DNA from: Phoronis australis
Taxonomy: Eukaryota > Animalia > Phoronida
NCBI GenBank assembly: GCA_002633005.1
Contig: NMRA01000024.1
Coordinates: 62,001 to 126,000, forward strand
Direction: 5' to 3'
DNA: 64,000 nt
The notes beneath the pieces are model-generated. The model searched no databases. It had not been told where the DNA came from and saw only the letters and a list, made by a program, of their open reading frames with translations. The stretch's first letter is position 1. Every line of letters starts with the position of its first letter. Below are positions 24,735 to 37,800 of this stretch, piece by piece. The position numbers were made by a program, and so were the translations under genes.

Positions 24735-27700
24735 NNNNNNNNNNNNNNNNNNGGGGGGGGGGGCGGTGGTCGGGGGTTGTTTGGTGAAGTAGAAATGGTT
24801 TGTGCCCTCCCAATAATTTTTGCCTTCCTACGGGCCTGTAAACTACCTAAGCTCATGAAATCGGCCTCTTCTTTTCCGTTAAAGGAATTGATTTCTGTTG
24901 TACCTTATCAGAGCATCGAAACCCTCAGGGCTTTAGAGTTTATTAGGGTTGTTCAACCTTGAAATCGCGAATTCCAAAGTAGCACATGTACATATTACCG
25001 TCTCATTCGGAACTGTTCAGGAGTCTGTGGAAATAGGTGTGGCAAATTTACAGCGGCAGAAAGACAGGGCATTATGTCGACACTTTGTGCATTTCATTTA
25101 AAAAAATACGCAGTGAAAGATTCATGTCATTTTCCTTAAAAATAGATGCGTTTCGCCCAAAATAAAACTGCTGGAGGAAACACAGAAACAATAGTCAATA
25201 CTGCCGGCAAAGTAGACTACAATCCCTCTCGCTAAAAGAAACACAAAACTGCATAAATACTGCGTTATTCATTTACTCAATGTAACCGTATTAAGTATGA
25301 AATCGATACAAACGGTAAAGATCGCTCGTCATTGTAAACATTCGTACCCAAGTCCAATTAAACTTTAAATTAGACAAAACTGGAAAAATCAATATTCGCA
25401 ACAAGAAAAAATATCTAAGTTGCACCAGTTATTTATTATACAATTCGCACTTTTTTGTTCCATTCAATACACTCAGCGTTAACGATTTTGTCAATGCGTT
25501 GTTTCAACAAACGACGTTAGGCCACGCCCACCATAGTTACTGTTGAGAAGTCTCACAACCGCAAAGCCACCATGGAAGAAGTCCTTTGCAACGGCAAAGG
25601 ATTATCTTAGGATGTGTTGTCATATACAGCCGCGTTGCTAAAATAGGTTCTGGATAAACTGTTGCACGCAGCGTTATGTACATTGTTCACGATTCTAAGA
25701 CCAGAGTTATAAAACAACAAAATCTGTTGTGTTTTGTGATTTTATTACAGATCGCCAGATCTCACCGTTGTTTGCCATTCGCTGAAATCAAGGCCGGGTC
25801 TGGCTTTAATATATAAAGCTACTTAACGCGCGGGATTTGGCTCAGCAAATCAGCGCGCGCGGCAGAGCGTTACCCGCTACCCACGCAGAGCTAGTCAAGT
25901 GGGTTCGATTCCGCGGTATAGCTGCTACTTTGTGCAACATTACGGCAGCCCCATTTTTCACATGTCATGATTAATTCATACGTTTGTCTGATCAATGACA
26001 GACACCGTACGGCCAGTCTCAAAAGTAACAACATTCTAACTTGAATGTGCACGAAAGTGGGCTGATAAATATTCATGACTAAAACGATATTTGAATTCCT
26101 CAAGTATCATTTCTTAGAATTGAAATACCTCCAAAACTGCTTAAAAACTGTTAAATCATATTTGTGTTAAATCTTATTTTGCTCGATATGCCCATCCCCA
26201 GCAGACCCTCACTGGGGATCACATTACATCGCCTTCCTCCCATGTCGTGTTCTGAGGGCATCGACTTCTCAAGCGTGTGATTTCTCAGTGACACTCAGGA
26301 GGATATGCCAGTAGGGTTTTTTAATCATTTACGCAAAATAAAGGTTATACAAACGCAGTTGCATGATAAACCGACGTACGCGAGCATTGGCCATCGCTTA
26401 TCCATAATGCGCACAGTTTTCCTAAAAAATACAGATATTGCAGCTTTGTATGTACTTATACTTTTTAAGAATTAATGCGTAAGAAATACTAAGGTTACCA
26501 GCCACTATCATGCGAATAGGTGTCCCCGATTTCAAAGTGCAAGCATTTAAATTGGATTGCCATCATACTTTTGGGACACCACTAAGTGCAGTGGTTGGTT
26601 TGCACTGCATTCGGCGTTCGGCGAGATCAGGGGGTTGTTCGTGGAAGAGTCTATCATAGTGGTCCACGGATGGTTTAGCCTGAGGATAAAATTGACAATC
26701 AAGGTTTTTAATTTTCCGCCATATGTTTTGCATGGTGTCTGTATTCATTCTCTTTATAATACGTCAGCTCAGTGGAAGCTGTGAAACGTCGAGTACTTGT
26801 AATAAAGATGGAATTTTCTAAAACCTTGATCATCAATTTTATCCTCTTGCTATGGTCAAAAACAAACATAAAGGCTTAACCTGTTACACTAAATCAGGCT
26901 AAGGCTCATCAACTCGAAGCCAGAAATCGCCGCAGCCTGCTCGGGAGGAGACTAAAAGCCGAAGCCAAATTAAATGCTAACTTTTTTGCTATTCTTAGTC
27001 AGATATCTGTCTACTGGTTACAAGACCGGATCACTTAGAGATTGAAACAGATCCGTTGTGCTCTGCAAAGCTATTTCAAGGCACACAGCTAAAGGGGAAA
27101 TTATGCTTCCATGCGTTCATAGTTCCAAGTTTAATTCCTTATTTACATTACATACTATTAAAGGAAATGAACTTTTTGAAATATTGCGAAACGCTATGAA
27201 AGTAAATTTCCTCCACTTCGCGCTTGTTTGTCCGTAAATAGGCTACTCAATGACAGTCCACGATTTATCCAGGCGTACACTCATTTAATCGTGAGGTCTA
27301 CACTATGCTTTTATAAGAGACAGCCAATTTTCCTAGATGTTGACCTGTATTGCCAAAGATACTTTGGTATTGCAAGTGCCCGCGAAGTGCATCGTAAAAC
27401 ACTTTCGTTCCCAAGCAACGTTTGTGGGACTAAGCCGGGTTGTGCTTACACTTTCTCGCCACCTGATTGGCTAAAAATAATCGGCATGATTGACTTGTCG
27501 AAAGTGTCCATTTTCGTGGTTTGAACTTTCGCGCCCGTCAACGGCTTCAGACATGGATCTATTCAAGCTACTGCAGCAAAGGATAAAGTAAAAATCAATA
27601 TTTTCACCCTCTTCATAATTCAGTTTGTTTTGGCGACAGAGACAAACATTCGAAACTGTGTAATTTTAAACAGCTTGCTTCGGAATTCCAAGCGAAAAGC

Positions 27701-28293
27701 AAATACAGCCACTCATCTGAATACACCAACAGTCAACGCTTCAATGCAACAATCACAGTAGATCTGTATAAAATCAACAAACAAGAAAGAGAACACTTCA
27801 AGCGATGAAGGAAACGTAGCCACGCAAACTTCATGGATACAAGGTATTTTCAAAATAACGTCACAAAATATATAATATAACGCGGGATTTCATACATTTG
27901 AGACAAGAATACCCAAGACAGCAAAATGATTGCTGAGGCGAAAAAAATTAACGATCATTATCCTCACGTAAAACCCCCAATATTTTTCGTGACGACGGAT
28001 GAGCCGTGACCGCGTGTTCTGTACAAACTAGTTGCATTAACAAGAAATTTAACCAAGCGTATTTCATCTTGACAATATTTTCCCAGCATTTCAGCGACTA
28101 CAAGGCTAGTAATCAGATATCGAATGTAAGTGCAAACTGTTTTACTATGCAGATTTGAAATAATGCATTTTCCTAAAGAATTATCACCTGTATTTATCCA
28201 AACACTGCCTACACTGCAGTGTTCAAACCGTCCATTGCTTGCCAAAAGAGGTCGCCACAAATATTCCTCTTGAAAATAGATTGCACGTGACTT

Positions 28294-28408
28294 CATGCGC
28301 GCACCAGCGTTTAATATGGGGGGCTCGAATTTCTAGTGATGTGGACCTTTTGCTGACAAAAAAGCGGGACGACTACCATTCGAGCCCCCCCCCCTGGGTG
28401 CGCGCATG
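28294..28408. mobile_element. 115-bp MITE with CATG ends and perfect 5-bp TSD GACTT
   Basis: gactt|catgcgcgcacc..gggtgcgcgcatg|gactt (28289-28293 and 28409-28413). Confidence 0.85.
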
Positions 28409-28660
28409 GACTTGCGTTGCGTGGAAGACGAATACCACTTGGTCTTAGTGTGCAGTGCGTATGACCAAGATCTTCGGGTACGCTTTTGTCGTTCTCCCAC
28501 ATTATTTAAATTTGAATTTCGCACGAAAACCGATGTTCACTTCTAAAATTCGACCATGCCCACAAGCGTCACAATTTGCTGTCTAGTTTGTAGCGCATCC
28601 GAAAATTTACTATCTCATATTCGTTATACATATGTATATATTCCAATAAACTTCAACAAG

Positions 28661-29802
28661 ACAAGAGCAACGCAGAGCGTTGAAATGCGCCCACAATATT
28701 GCACCGCATACGGTATCCTTCTAGGGTTGTTTATTGGTACCATAAAGTGGCCAGTAGAGGGCATATATGTAGTATGTTGTACTTTGCAAAATGGAAAGGC
28801 ATGGTCATTGTCTCCTCAATAGGCTAGGGGCAAAATGTGAGTAATCTTCATAATACAAGCACATCCTATACACCAGTTGCTTAAAGCACCACAGAAANNN
28901 NNNNNNNNNNNNNNNNNNNNNNNNNNNNNNNNNNNNNNNNNNNNNNNNNNNNNNNNNNNNNNNNNNNNNNNNNNNNNNNNNNNNNNNNNNNNNNNNNNNN
29001 NNNNNNNNNNNNNNNNNNNNNNNNNNNNNNNNNNNNNNNNNNNNNNNNNNNNNNNNNNNNNNNNNNNNNNNNNNNNNNNNNNNNNNNNNNNNNNNNNNNN
29101 NNNNNNNNNNNNNNNNNNNNNNNNNNNNNNNNNNNNNNNNNNNNNNNNNNNNNNNNNNNNNNNNNNNNNNNNNNNNNNNNNNNNNNNNNNNNNNNNNNNN
29201 NNNNNNNNNNNNNNNNNNNNNNNNNNNNNNNNNNNNNNNNNNNNNNNNNNNNNNNNNNNNNNNNNNNNNNNNNNNNNNNNNNNNNNNNNNNNNNNNNNNN
29301 NNNNNNNNNNNNNNNNNNNNNNNNNNNNNNNNNNNNTCAGAAAATCATCGTCAACCGTCCTCTACATAGTAAGCATATACATGCCAATTTTCACAATCAT
29401 CCTTTGAGCGGTTTGGTTGATAGAGGGGTGGACGCACAAAAAAACACTAAAAATGGCCACTAGGTGGCGCAAACTACGTCGAATCCATCTGAAAACAGCA
29501 GGATAGCGTCATCTCACTAATACGTGCCTACATACCAAATTTCATGAAAATCCGTTCAGGACTTTAGAAGATACAAAGGTAAGTGTAAAAAACTAAAATT
29601 GCCACTAGGGGGCACACCGGTAGTCGGATCCGTCCAAAAGTTCGCACATGCCGTCCCATTCATGAATGGAACATATGTGCCAAATTTCATGAACGTATGT
29701 CAAAGGGTTTTGGAGATAGAGCAGCGGACGCCGCCCGGACGGACGGACGGACAGAGATGACAGCATAATGCGTCCACATATAAATATGTGGGCGCATAAA
29801 AA
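28661..29802 (+). mobile_element. Helentron-associated (HINE/DINE-1/pearl-like) non-autonomous element, spanning a gap
   Basis: 5' acaagagc.. with subterminal atgcgcccaca (28685-28695) complementary to tgtgggcgcat (29787-29797). Internal tandem cores of about 150 bp, a (GGAC)n microsatellite at about 29735-29752 and a terminal hairpin followed by an A-run. Confidence 0.75.
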
Positions 29803-31634
29803 TGGGGCGCGGCAATCGCGGGATATTGGTATGGAGAATTCAATGGAAATAATCGGACGTAACATGGTAAAACGCGAGGTCCACTTGCAGTGGTGAATTA
29901 AGGTTCCTCGGGACCCCCCTCAAACTATAATCTGACCCCTATAGTGCTTGGAGCTGCAACCGGTCATCACGACAGGATTTCCACCCCTTCCCCCGTCTCG
30001 CAACAATTTTCACCTCCCCCCAGTCGACACACCTTTCGAGGGGACACCGAAGCTACGCCCCAGCTCCAACTTAGGGGTTATGTAGTCCGTGTATTTAGCC
30101 ATATATATACAAAATATAGATTTTAACTTAGTAAAAGTAAACAGGTTGTGAAAGAAGAGAGCCTGTGGATAATGATTGTTAACGTTATACCAATTTCCCA
30201 TCAATTGGGTCATGCGACCCACTTCTTTGTAAAATTTGGTAAAAAAAGAAAGGCACATTCATAGCAAAACTGTAGTAACAAAAACATGTCCAAATTTCAT
30301 TCGATATAAATGTTCAGGATGAAATCTCGACAACAATGCTACAGTTTTCTAGATTATAATTCTGTTTTCATTTCACACAATTTTTGATAAGTCCCATTCT
30401 TGATAGCTACTCATGCAAGAGTGGAACATTTTAAAAACAGTTTCTAAGTAAGTTATGGTGAACAGCTCATACAGAATGCTATCTGAAAGTCTCATACCAA
30501 TCCATGTGCCATTTTTGAGATATGAAGTTCCAAAGTGAGCCATATTTGGATAATTTTCTAAGGCTCTACACAACCTTAATGCATAATCTGACACTATCAA
30601 AGTTGTGGCATTTGAGTGCCAAACAAAGTGGATATTTCATAAGCAATTCAGTCAGAAGTCTGATTTCATAACCAAGGGTATCGCACAATCATACAAAGAA
30701 CTTCAAATCATACACCCAAACAATGGAACCAGTGGTTCGAGCGCATGATTTGAAGTCCCTGTGCATGACTGTCTGCTACCCAAGATATACACTTTATTAG
30801 GAAGTCTGTGTAAAATTAACAAACAACAAAACAATACAAACGGCACAAGATCAAGACAGATTTCAGAGTTCAAATGACTTAAGCTAGAAATAACCTGGAA
30901 CAGACTTTAAATTAGCACCAGATTTAAGTCCAGTGCCTAAACAAAAATTAAACCAAACAAATACCAACAGCTTTGTCCATCCCTAGCAACTGAGGAAAAT
31001 TTCGGAAACCCCTAATATAGCACTGATCCGAGACAGGAGACTTGCACTGACGAGACAAGACTTGTGGCAAACTATTAAATACCCATGATCTGAAAGTATG
31101 ACTCAATGAATTACTTCAGCGCCACCTAGTTTCAGTATTCACAAACAGTTGAACAAGGTTACAACCAACCCTCAAGGGCCCTTTCTAAAGCATTCGTTGT
31201 AAATTTGTTGTATTTTTAAGCACATGAATTCACATACAGTATAGTTGGTTTGAGATTTGTGTAATGGTATGTAATACGGAGTCAAATTTCAAAAGCAGGT
31301 CCCCTTTTATCGAAGGTCTAAACACTTGTTGTCCCGATACAACAGAGTTCGACACACGGAAAACCTTTCTATTAAGTATTTTCAATGTTTTGCAACAAAG
31401 TTTCCTCACGCACAGATGCTGATCCCAAAGAAAAAGAATCTAATTAGGAAGGGTATACAGAAAAACAAATGTACAAAATCCTAAACCAGCCAATCATCTG
31501 CTGCTATCAATTAAACATACAATTCCCTTCTTGCTAACCCAGTTAAGCAATGTAATTGAACAGCATGATTGGCAGATACACTTACTACTGCTAACAATAA
31601 CTTCTGTGCAAATACAGCAATAATTTGATAACAC

Positions 31635-31996
31635 CAGGGTAAAGGGTCTAAACTTTTTACTCAAAGTCAAACTCGAAATTATTTTTGCATTTTCTATTCC
31701 ACTTTTGTGCGAGTTTGAGTTCATAATGGCCTGCATGAATACCTTTCTAATCCTAGTTTGCGCTTGATGACTCTGGTATTGAGGCTACAAGTTTAAGACT
31801 GAACTCCAAATTTCGAGTTTTTACTCGAGTTTGTGGATCGAATATAGAAATCATCAAGTGTGAACTAGAAATTAATGTGCACAAATCATAATGCACACAG
31901 GGACAGAGTAATAGACATTTGCCTTGAGTTAGCACAAAAGCAAATGCCAAAGAAAATTCGAGTTCGATTTAGAGTAAAAAGTTTATACTGAGCCCA
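31635..31996. mobile_element. MITE with imperfect TIRs
   Basis: Left taaactttttactcaaagtcaaactcgaa matches the right-end reverse complement taaactttttactctaaatcgaactcgaa. Confidence 0.6.
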
Positions 31997-34721
31997 GAAA
32001 GATTTGAATTTAGATGAATAAATACACTACTTGGTACTGTATCTCAATAAATACACTACTTGGTACTGTATCTCAAAAGCGGACTCTCATTAAGTTTACA
32101 TCTCCATATACACTCACATTTAGCAGAAGATTTGGCACTAGTCACTTACGAGGGTCCCCATTTTTAAGAGCCAGTTTGATGCTCATTCATCAGTGGAGGC
32201 AACTCGTTCTCACAATGCTGGGTCCCTGAAAGTGACTATTACCGAAGATTTTATACAAAAGAACAATCGCCTGGCAATGCATGTGCAGTACATTTCAATC
32301 ATTTGATGTTTCATGATTATCATATATATTTAACATAAAAATGAAAGAACTGATCACAGTCAATAGTAACGGGGGTCAAGAAATGCTCCTGCAAATATCC
32401 TCTAGGTGCCTTTAAGTAAAGCCCTTGAAGTTATAGCACTAACGACTATAGATCGACATGATACACTGGCAATCACAGACAGCCACAAAGCAATCAAATT
32501 GAGAGTACAATCTAATCATTTAAATGGACATTAAAACATGATTATCTGCATTTCCAACAAATTACAATTTTGAAAACCATTTCAAGCTTGAGAATCTCAA
32601 TTCATTACCTAGCACATAACATGTCAGCAAATGATGAAAAATTGTTAAATAACATAAGTTGCAACGTTCAGGGCTTGGAATGACCAATAACAAAAAGAAA
32701 GGAAAATTTTCCAGGTGATGTATCGTTCCACAAATAAATAGGTATAATTATGTAATACAAATATTTTTTGTGCTGTAAAATTTAACTGAAATATACGATG
32801 ATGCATGAATAAAATCAAAATAATGACGAAAAAGAGATGAAAGAGGAAACTGGAAACCATATAAGGGGAAACCGAAACCAAAACTGAGGAAATCCTCTTA
32901 AAAGAGGAAAATTCCAAGCCCTGAACATTTTCGCAAAAGTGTGTCCCCAGCCATCTTTGCTAAGACAGAGCAGCTGACTTTTGACAAAACGGGGATCAGA
33001 CAAATACTTAATTATTTGTTTTCTCAAAAGAAGTCTGCCACTGAATATCACTACTGATGCTTTAGAAAAAAATAATCTTTAACATTAAAACCCTAATGTA
33101 TGTAACCAAAAAAAACATTTCCATAAAATTATAACAGTATCATCAATCAGGGATTACCCCACCTGCATTTTAAATGCCCGTGGCTTATTGCAAAGCGTGA
33201 CTGTTCAATAGCATATAAAATATATATCAAGTACTTTCATCTGTTTGATAAAATTTATCAGTAGACTGCCAGTAAAAAAATGCCTGTCACTACATTAGCA
33301 AAAGATAAATCTCCTTTTAAGACATAATGTACAAATTAATTCCTCACATGACAGCCAGTAAAATACATTGGAAAATATGACATATATGCCAATCAATACT
33401 TACTGCATTTCAATAAATAAGACACAAACATGTTGAGTAACTTGTGCATTTGCTTGAGAACCAAGTGCGGGTCTTCCATTAAATTTGTCGCATCAATAGC
33501 AGTCAAAACGACAGAACATCCTTTAGACAAGACTGGTAGCCTAACTCACAATCACCAGTGTAAGTTTATCTTCAAAACACTAGCACTTGTCTTTAGTCCG
33601 ACAAAGACTGACGGTCAACGCTGCAGTAAAATCTCTCACCAATTTTGGTAACTATAATCGCCAAAAGCGATCCCTTTCATTTTCAAAAGGCTACCGACAT
33701 TGTGGAGGTCCAGTTTCGTAAAACATGACCCGATTATAACTGTAACATAAACCTTCAGAAGACAAAGTATCTATTTAATGCTACTTATCTTTTATGAAGA
33801 AAATGAAGACACAAAATTTCATCATTTGCACACAATATCGTGTCCTCAATTGGTCAGACTTTACTGCAGTTTTATTCGTCTAGAATTCAGCATGGGTGGC
33901 ATACATTGTAATTCTCAGCAACAACAAACCCTAGAGTGCAATCACAAGTTAACCGAAACCATGCATTAGTCTCTGCCAGATACTGTCAAGAATTTCCAGC
34001 AGAAAATGCGAATTTCACTGTAGAGGTCACTGTAGTTGATGCAAGCAAATCTGTGAGAAAGGTTCCAGTGTGAGCAAGAGAGTGGGCTACACTTGCTGAA
34101 AGACAAAACACAAGATGGCGCTACAGGCACATTGTCGCCTCTTCAAACAGTTGCCACTTCCCCTATGTCCCTTTGGGTTACCTTTCTCATTAGGTACCTA
34201 GAGTTAACACTCTCGCTCACTTTAAATAACAATCAGGGGTGCATGCATGACACAACGCAAGGCTCTCGCGAAACGCTTGCAGTGAGAAAACTTTACTTAT
34301 GGAGCGGAAACCATGAAATTCCCTGACATAATTCATTATTCCAAAGCAGCCTCGATGACTTATCGTTCAGCAGCAGCGACTTCACAAGTTTACATTAGTA
34401 AGATATTGAGCTTACTCGTGGAACACATGCCTTTTGATTGCGTGATCTAGTTTTTCTCACAAGCAATTTGCTCTACTGAATGCGGCCCAGTTATATTACA
34501 TACAAGGGACACAATTTCCAAAGAAATGCCAGCCGCACACTGCTAGAGCTGTCGGGTCTTCAATGTGTTCAGAAGGGTCACGTGTTGGTCGTAAAACACA
34601 ACCAAAGATACAGCAATGCAACGTTTCCACTCCATTGGTCAAGATTTTAGTCGAGTCTCGAGTACTGTTTGCTGGTTTCAGGACCTGAACTCGTTGATAC
34701 GCTTTTTAAAACTAGTTCTCA

Positions 34722-34832
34722 TTATAATACCCTCACACTTACCGTTGTGTGCTGCACCACACCACCCAGAGGCCTTCTTCGAGGCTCACTGGCGACAGCA
34801 TGTCGTTCAACAGTAGGGAAATGGAAACCAGC
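34722..34832 (-). CDS. ADAM17: Probable ADAM17 cytoplasmic/terminal exon
   Basis: atttacag|[30 protein letters not shown], then either the donor ACG|gtaagt at 34743 or read-through VSVRVL* (TAA 34724-34722). No homology support. Confidence 0.5.
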   Translation of the reverse strand, partial: AGFHFPTVERHAVASEPRRRPLGGVVQHTTVSVRVL

Positions 34833-37800
34833 CTGTAAATACATGTTAAGTGACCGTCAATTTTAGCTACATTATAATGAAAGCTGAGCGACTCGATCTT
34901 AGTAACGTTATAATGAAAGCTAAGTAACTCAATTTCTGCTACATTATAAAGAAAACAGAGTGACTCAATAATAGCAACACTATAGCAAAAGTTCAGCTAC
35001 ATTATACTGAACGTAAGTTTTTAATAATTTTGAAAAACTCATGGAAGACCGCATCATTCTAAAAGTGACAGCACAATAGAGTGTGCAAAGGAACAAGTAT
35101 ACATCGCATACTCGCATTCACAATGCCTCCTAGTGGTTTATTTTAGTGCAACAAGCCACCAATGCACCGAGGAACCACATAGTAACCAGATACTCAACAC
35201 TGATAACATTATGAACCAAATGATAACCAGATACTCAACACTGATAACATTATGAACCACATGGTAACCAGATACTCAACACTGATAACATTAGCCTTAT
35301 TAGACAGGGTGAAAAACAAAACAACAAAAACAACATTCTACAAGTATAGTACACGCCAAAGGTAAACAGATGAAATACCATTTCAGCGTCATAACAGGTC
35401 ATTCTAGCTATCCTGACAGTGAATTCAAATTGCACTCAGCTGTTACGATATGCCATTTTGTCCAAATTATTCTTGGCGTGTACTAAAGCCTGTGTCTCGG
35501 AGCAACGACAGTAGCTTCTGAGTTGTTATTCTTACCTCAGGTTTGAAGAAATCCTGTTTCCTTTCTTCCTTTTGTCGCCTCTTACGGTCCTAGATAAAGT
35601 GAAATGAATTAACGAGCATTTAACGAATGAGGAGACACAACGATTATGCCGTAGAGAAAACAGGAAAATGAAATACTCTTAGGGTCCTCACTTTCTTGAG
35701 GGAAAAGGTGGTTGTAAACCTGACAGGGAATTTTTTCATCACAAGGACAATTTCCCCTGGTCACCACCTCTCAATGGCATTGCCTTATGTAGCCAAAATA
35801 ACAGGATTTTGTTCGTACGTGATTCTAACCTTGAGGGGAATTTTTTAATCATTGGAGGTGGCTTTTTGTGAATGATGAGGGGAATTTTGCATGACTTTTA
35901 TGTATTTTTTCATACATGAGGATGAATTTTGCCACCCAAATCAATGAATCGAGGGACCTGCCCTTGCAAACAGCGTCACCCACTGACTCCTGATTAGCTG
36001 GCACTAAAACACACTTTTATTTCACGACATCCACCTTAAGTTTGTGGTGAGTAGGGTCTTAACTGTTTAGGTATTCTAATTACAATCAAAGTAAAGTACC
36101 TCAGCAGGAATGAATTACAAGCAAGTAGCACCAGCTACAGGCAATTGTAGGAACATATGCGACAGTTTGCACAGATCTTGTAAAGCCCCCAACTAGCAAA
36201 CTCACGAAGAGTGAAACTTAGAATTTCCCCGAGTTATATTACAAACCTCAATGAACACACATCGAGGAGCATCAAAGACACTCTGGTTCTCCACTTAACA
36301 ACCATGGAAACGGGTGCAAAGGTCAGCAAGTTTAACTTGGTTTACAGGTAGGTCAACTTACCACGTGACTGACCACACAAGCAGCAGGTATCCAGATGAT
36401 GAGAGAAAAGATGATGATAGTCCCCACGATGTTAGCTCGCATGAAAGCGACTGTAAATTTAAAATGAGACAATGAAATGAGGTTCCCATTTAAAAGAACA
36501 ACAATTTTGAGCCTCCTGTCAAAAACAACTTTTGAATAAGATCACAAGGTCACCTACTGCAATGTCGGTCTCAGCTTGGTCTTTACTCAAATACAAACAG
36601 ATTCACAGGCTTGAGAAAGGCCACGAGTTAGTTTCAGTAGCCAAAGCAGTATGGCCAGCAGACATTATGACCTTTCTTTGTAAAGCAAATACAATTAAGA
36701 TTGAACACAGTAGTTGAAGATGGCTCAGTGCAGCTTTAAGAGGAAAAAAAATAATTGCAGGCGGTCTGATACATGTTGTACAAGACGTGCGCAGGCCTCG
36801 CATGTGGGCCCATTGCACTGATCACCTGGAAATATTTTTATGCTTTATTAATATATAGCTAAAACCGAGCTGAGGAGCTAGAAACCTGGCTCAAGGGTTT
36901 AGCAGTGTGACCTGGTGGGACTTGAACCCACCACCTCGAGTAAAGAAAGCGGGCACTTATCAACCAGGCCACACTGCCTCCTCCTGCTTTAAGAGGAACT
37001 CAACACTGTTTTGTTGAGCAAGAGAATCTCTGGAACTGCAGTTGAAAATATCGAAGAAATCAAAAGCTATTATTGGATAAAATTCATTAGCATGACACTG
37101 ATGGTGGCAATGAACCCAGCTATGAATCTCGGAGATGAACCCCAGTGGCCACAGAGGGATGACACTAATCCTAGCTATGAATCTCGGGGACAACCCCCCA
37201 GTGGCCACAGATGGATGACACTAATCCTAGATATGAATCTCGGGGACGACCCCCAGTGGTCACAGATGAATGACTTTATATTAATCCTCACTTTCAGTTC
37301 TGTCAACAGCTCAGGCATTTAAACTGACCTATGTCTGAAAAACTGAGATCAGTGATGATATCCCACAAACGGTTGACAAGGTCCACCGACTGTTTCATGC
37401 ACACACCCTGTAGACGAAACAAGAAATTAGTAAGCAATTACTAACAAATTGTGCTTAAAACAGATCCTGGTAAAAACTTGGGTTTTTTGGAAGTTAGGAT
37501 CGTAAAGCAGTTGTTTGGCAAGAATCATAAATAAAGGACAATGGTCATCAAATCTTTAGGACTGATCCAAGTGTAAAGCGGCCCACAGTTCAAAGTTCAA
37601 AGTATACGGCTGGTGAAAACAAACTGTCTGTGGACTTACTAAGACTCACAGCTGACTGGCTAGGACATTTCCAGTCTGGACACTGCACTAATTCTTAAGG
37701 TGTTGCATGTGTTAAATTACATCCAAACAGTTCGATACGGCCGAATATTTGTGCAACGCAGACAAACAAACTTCAACATCATTATCACTTTCGGAGTCAA

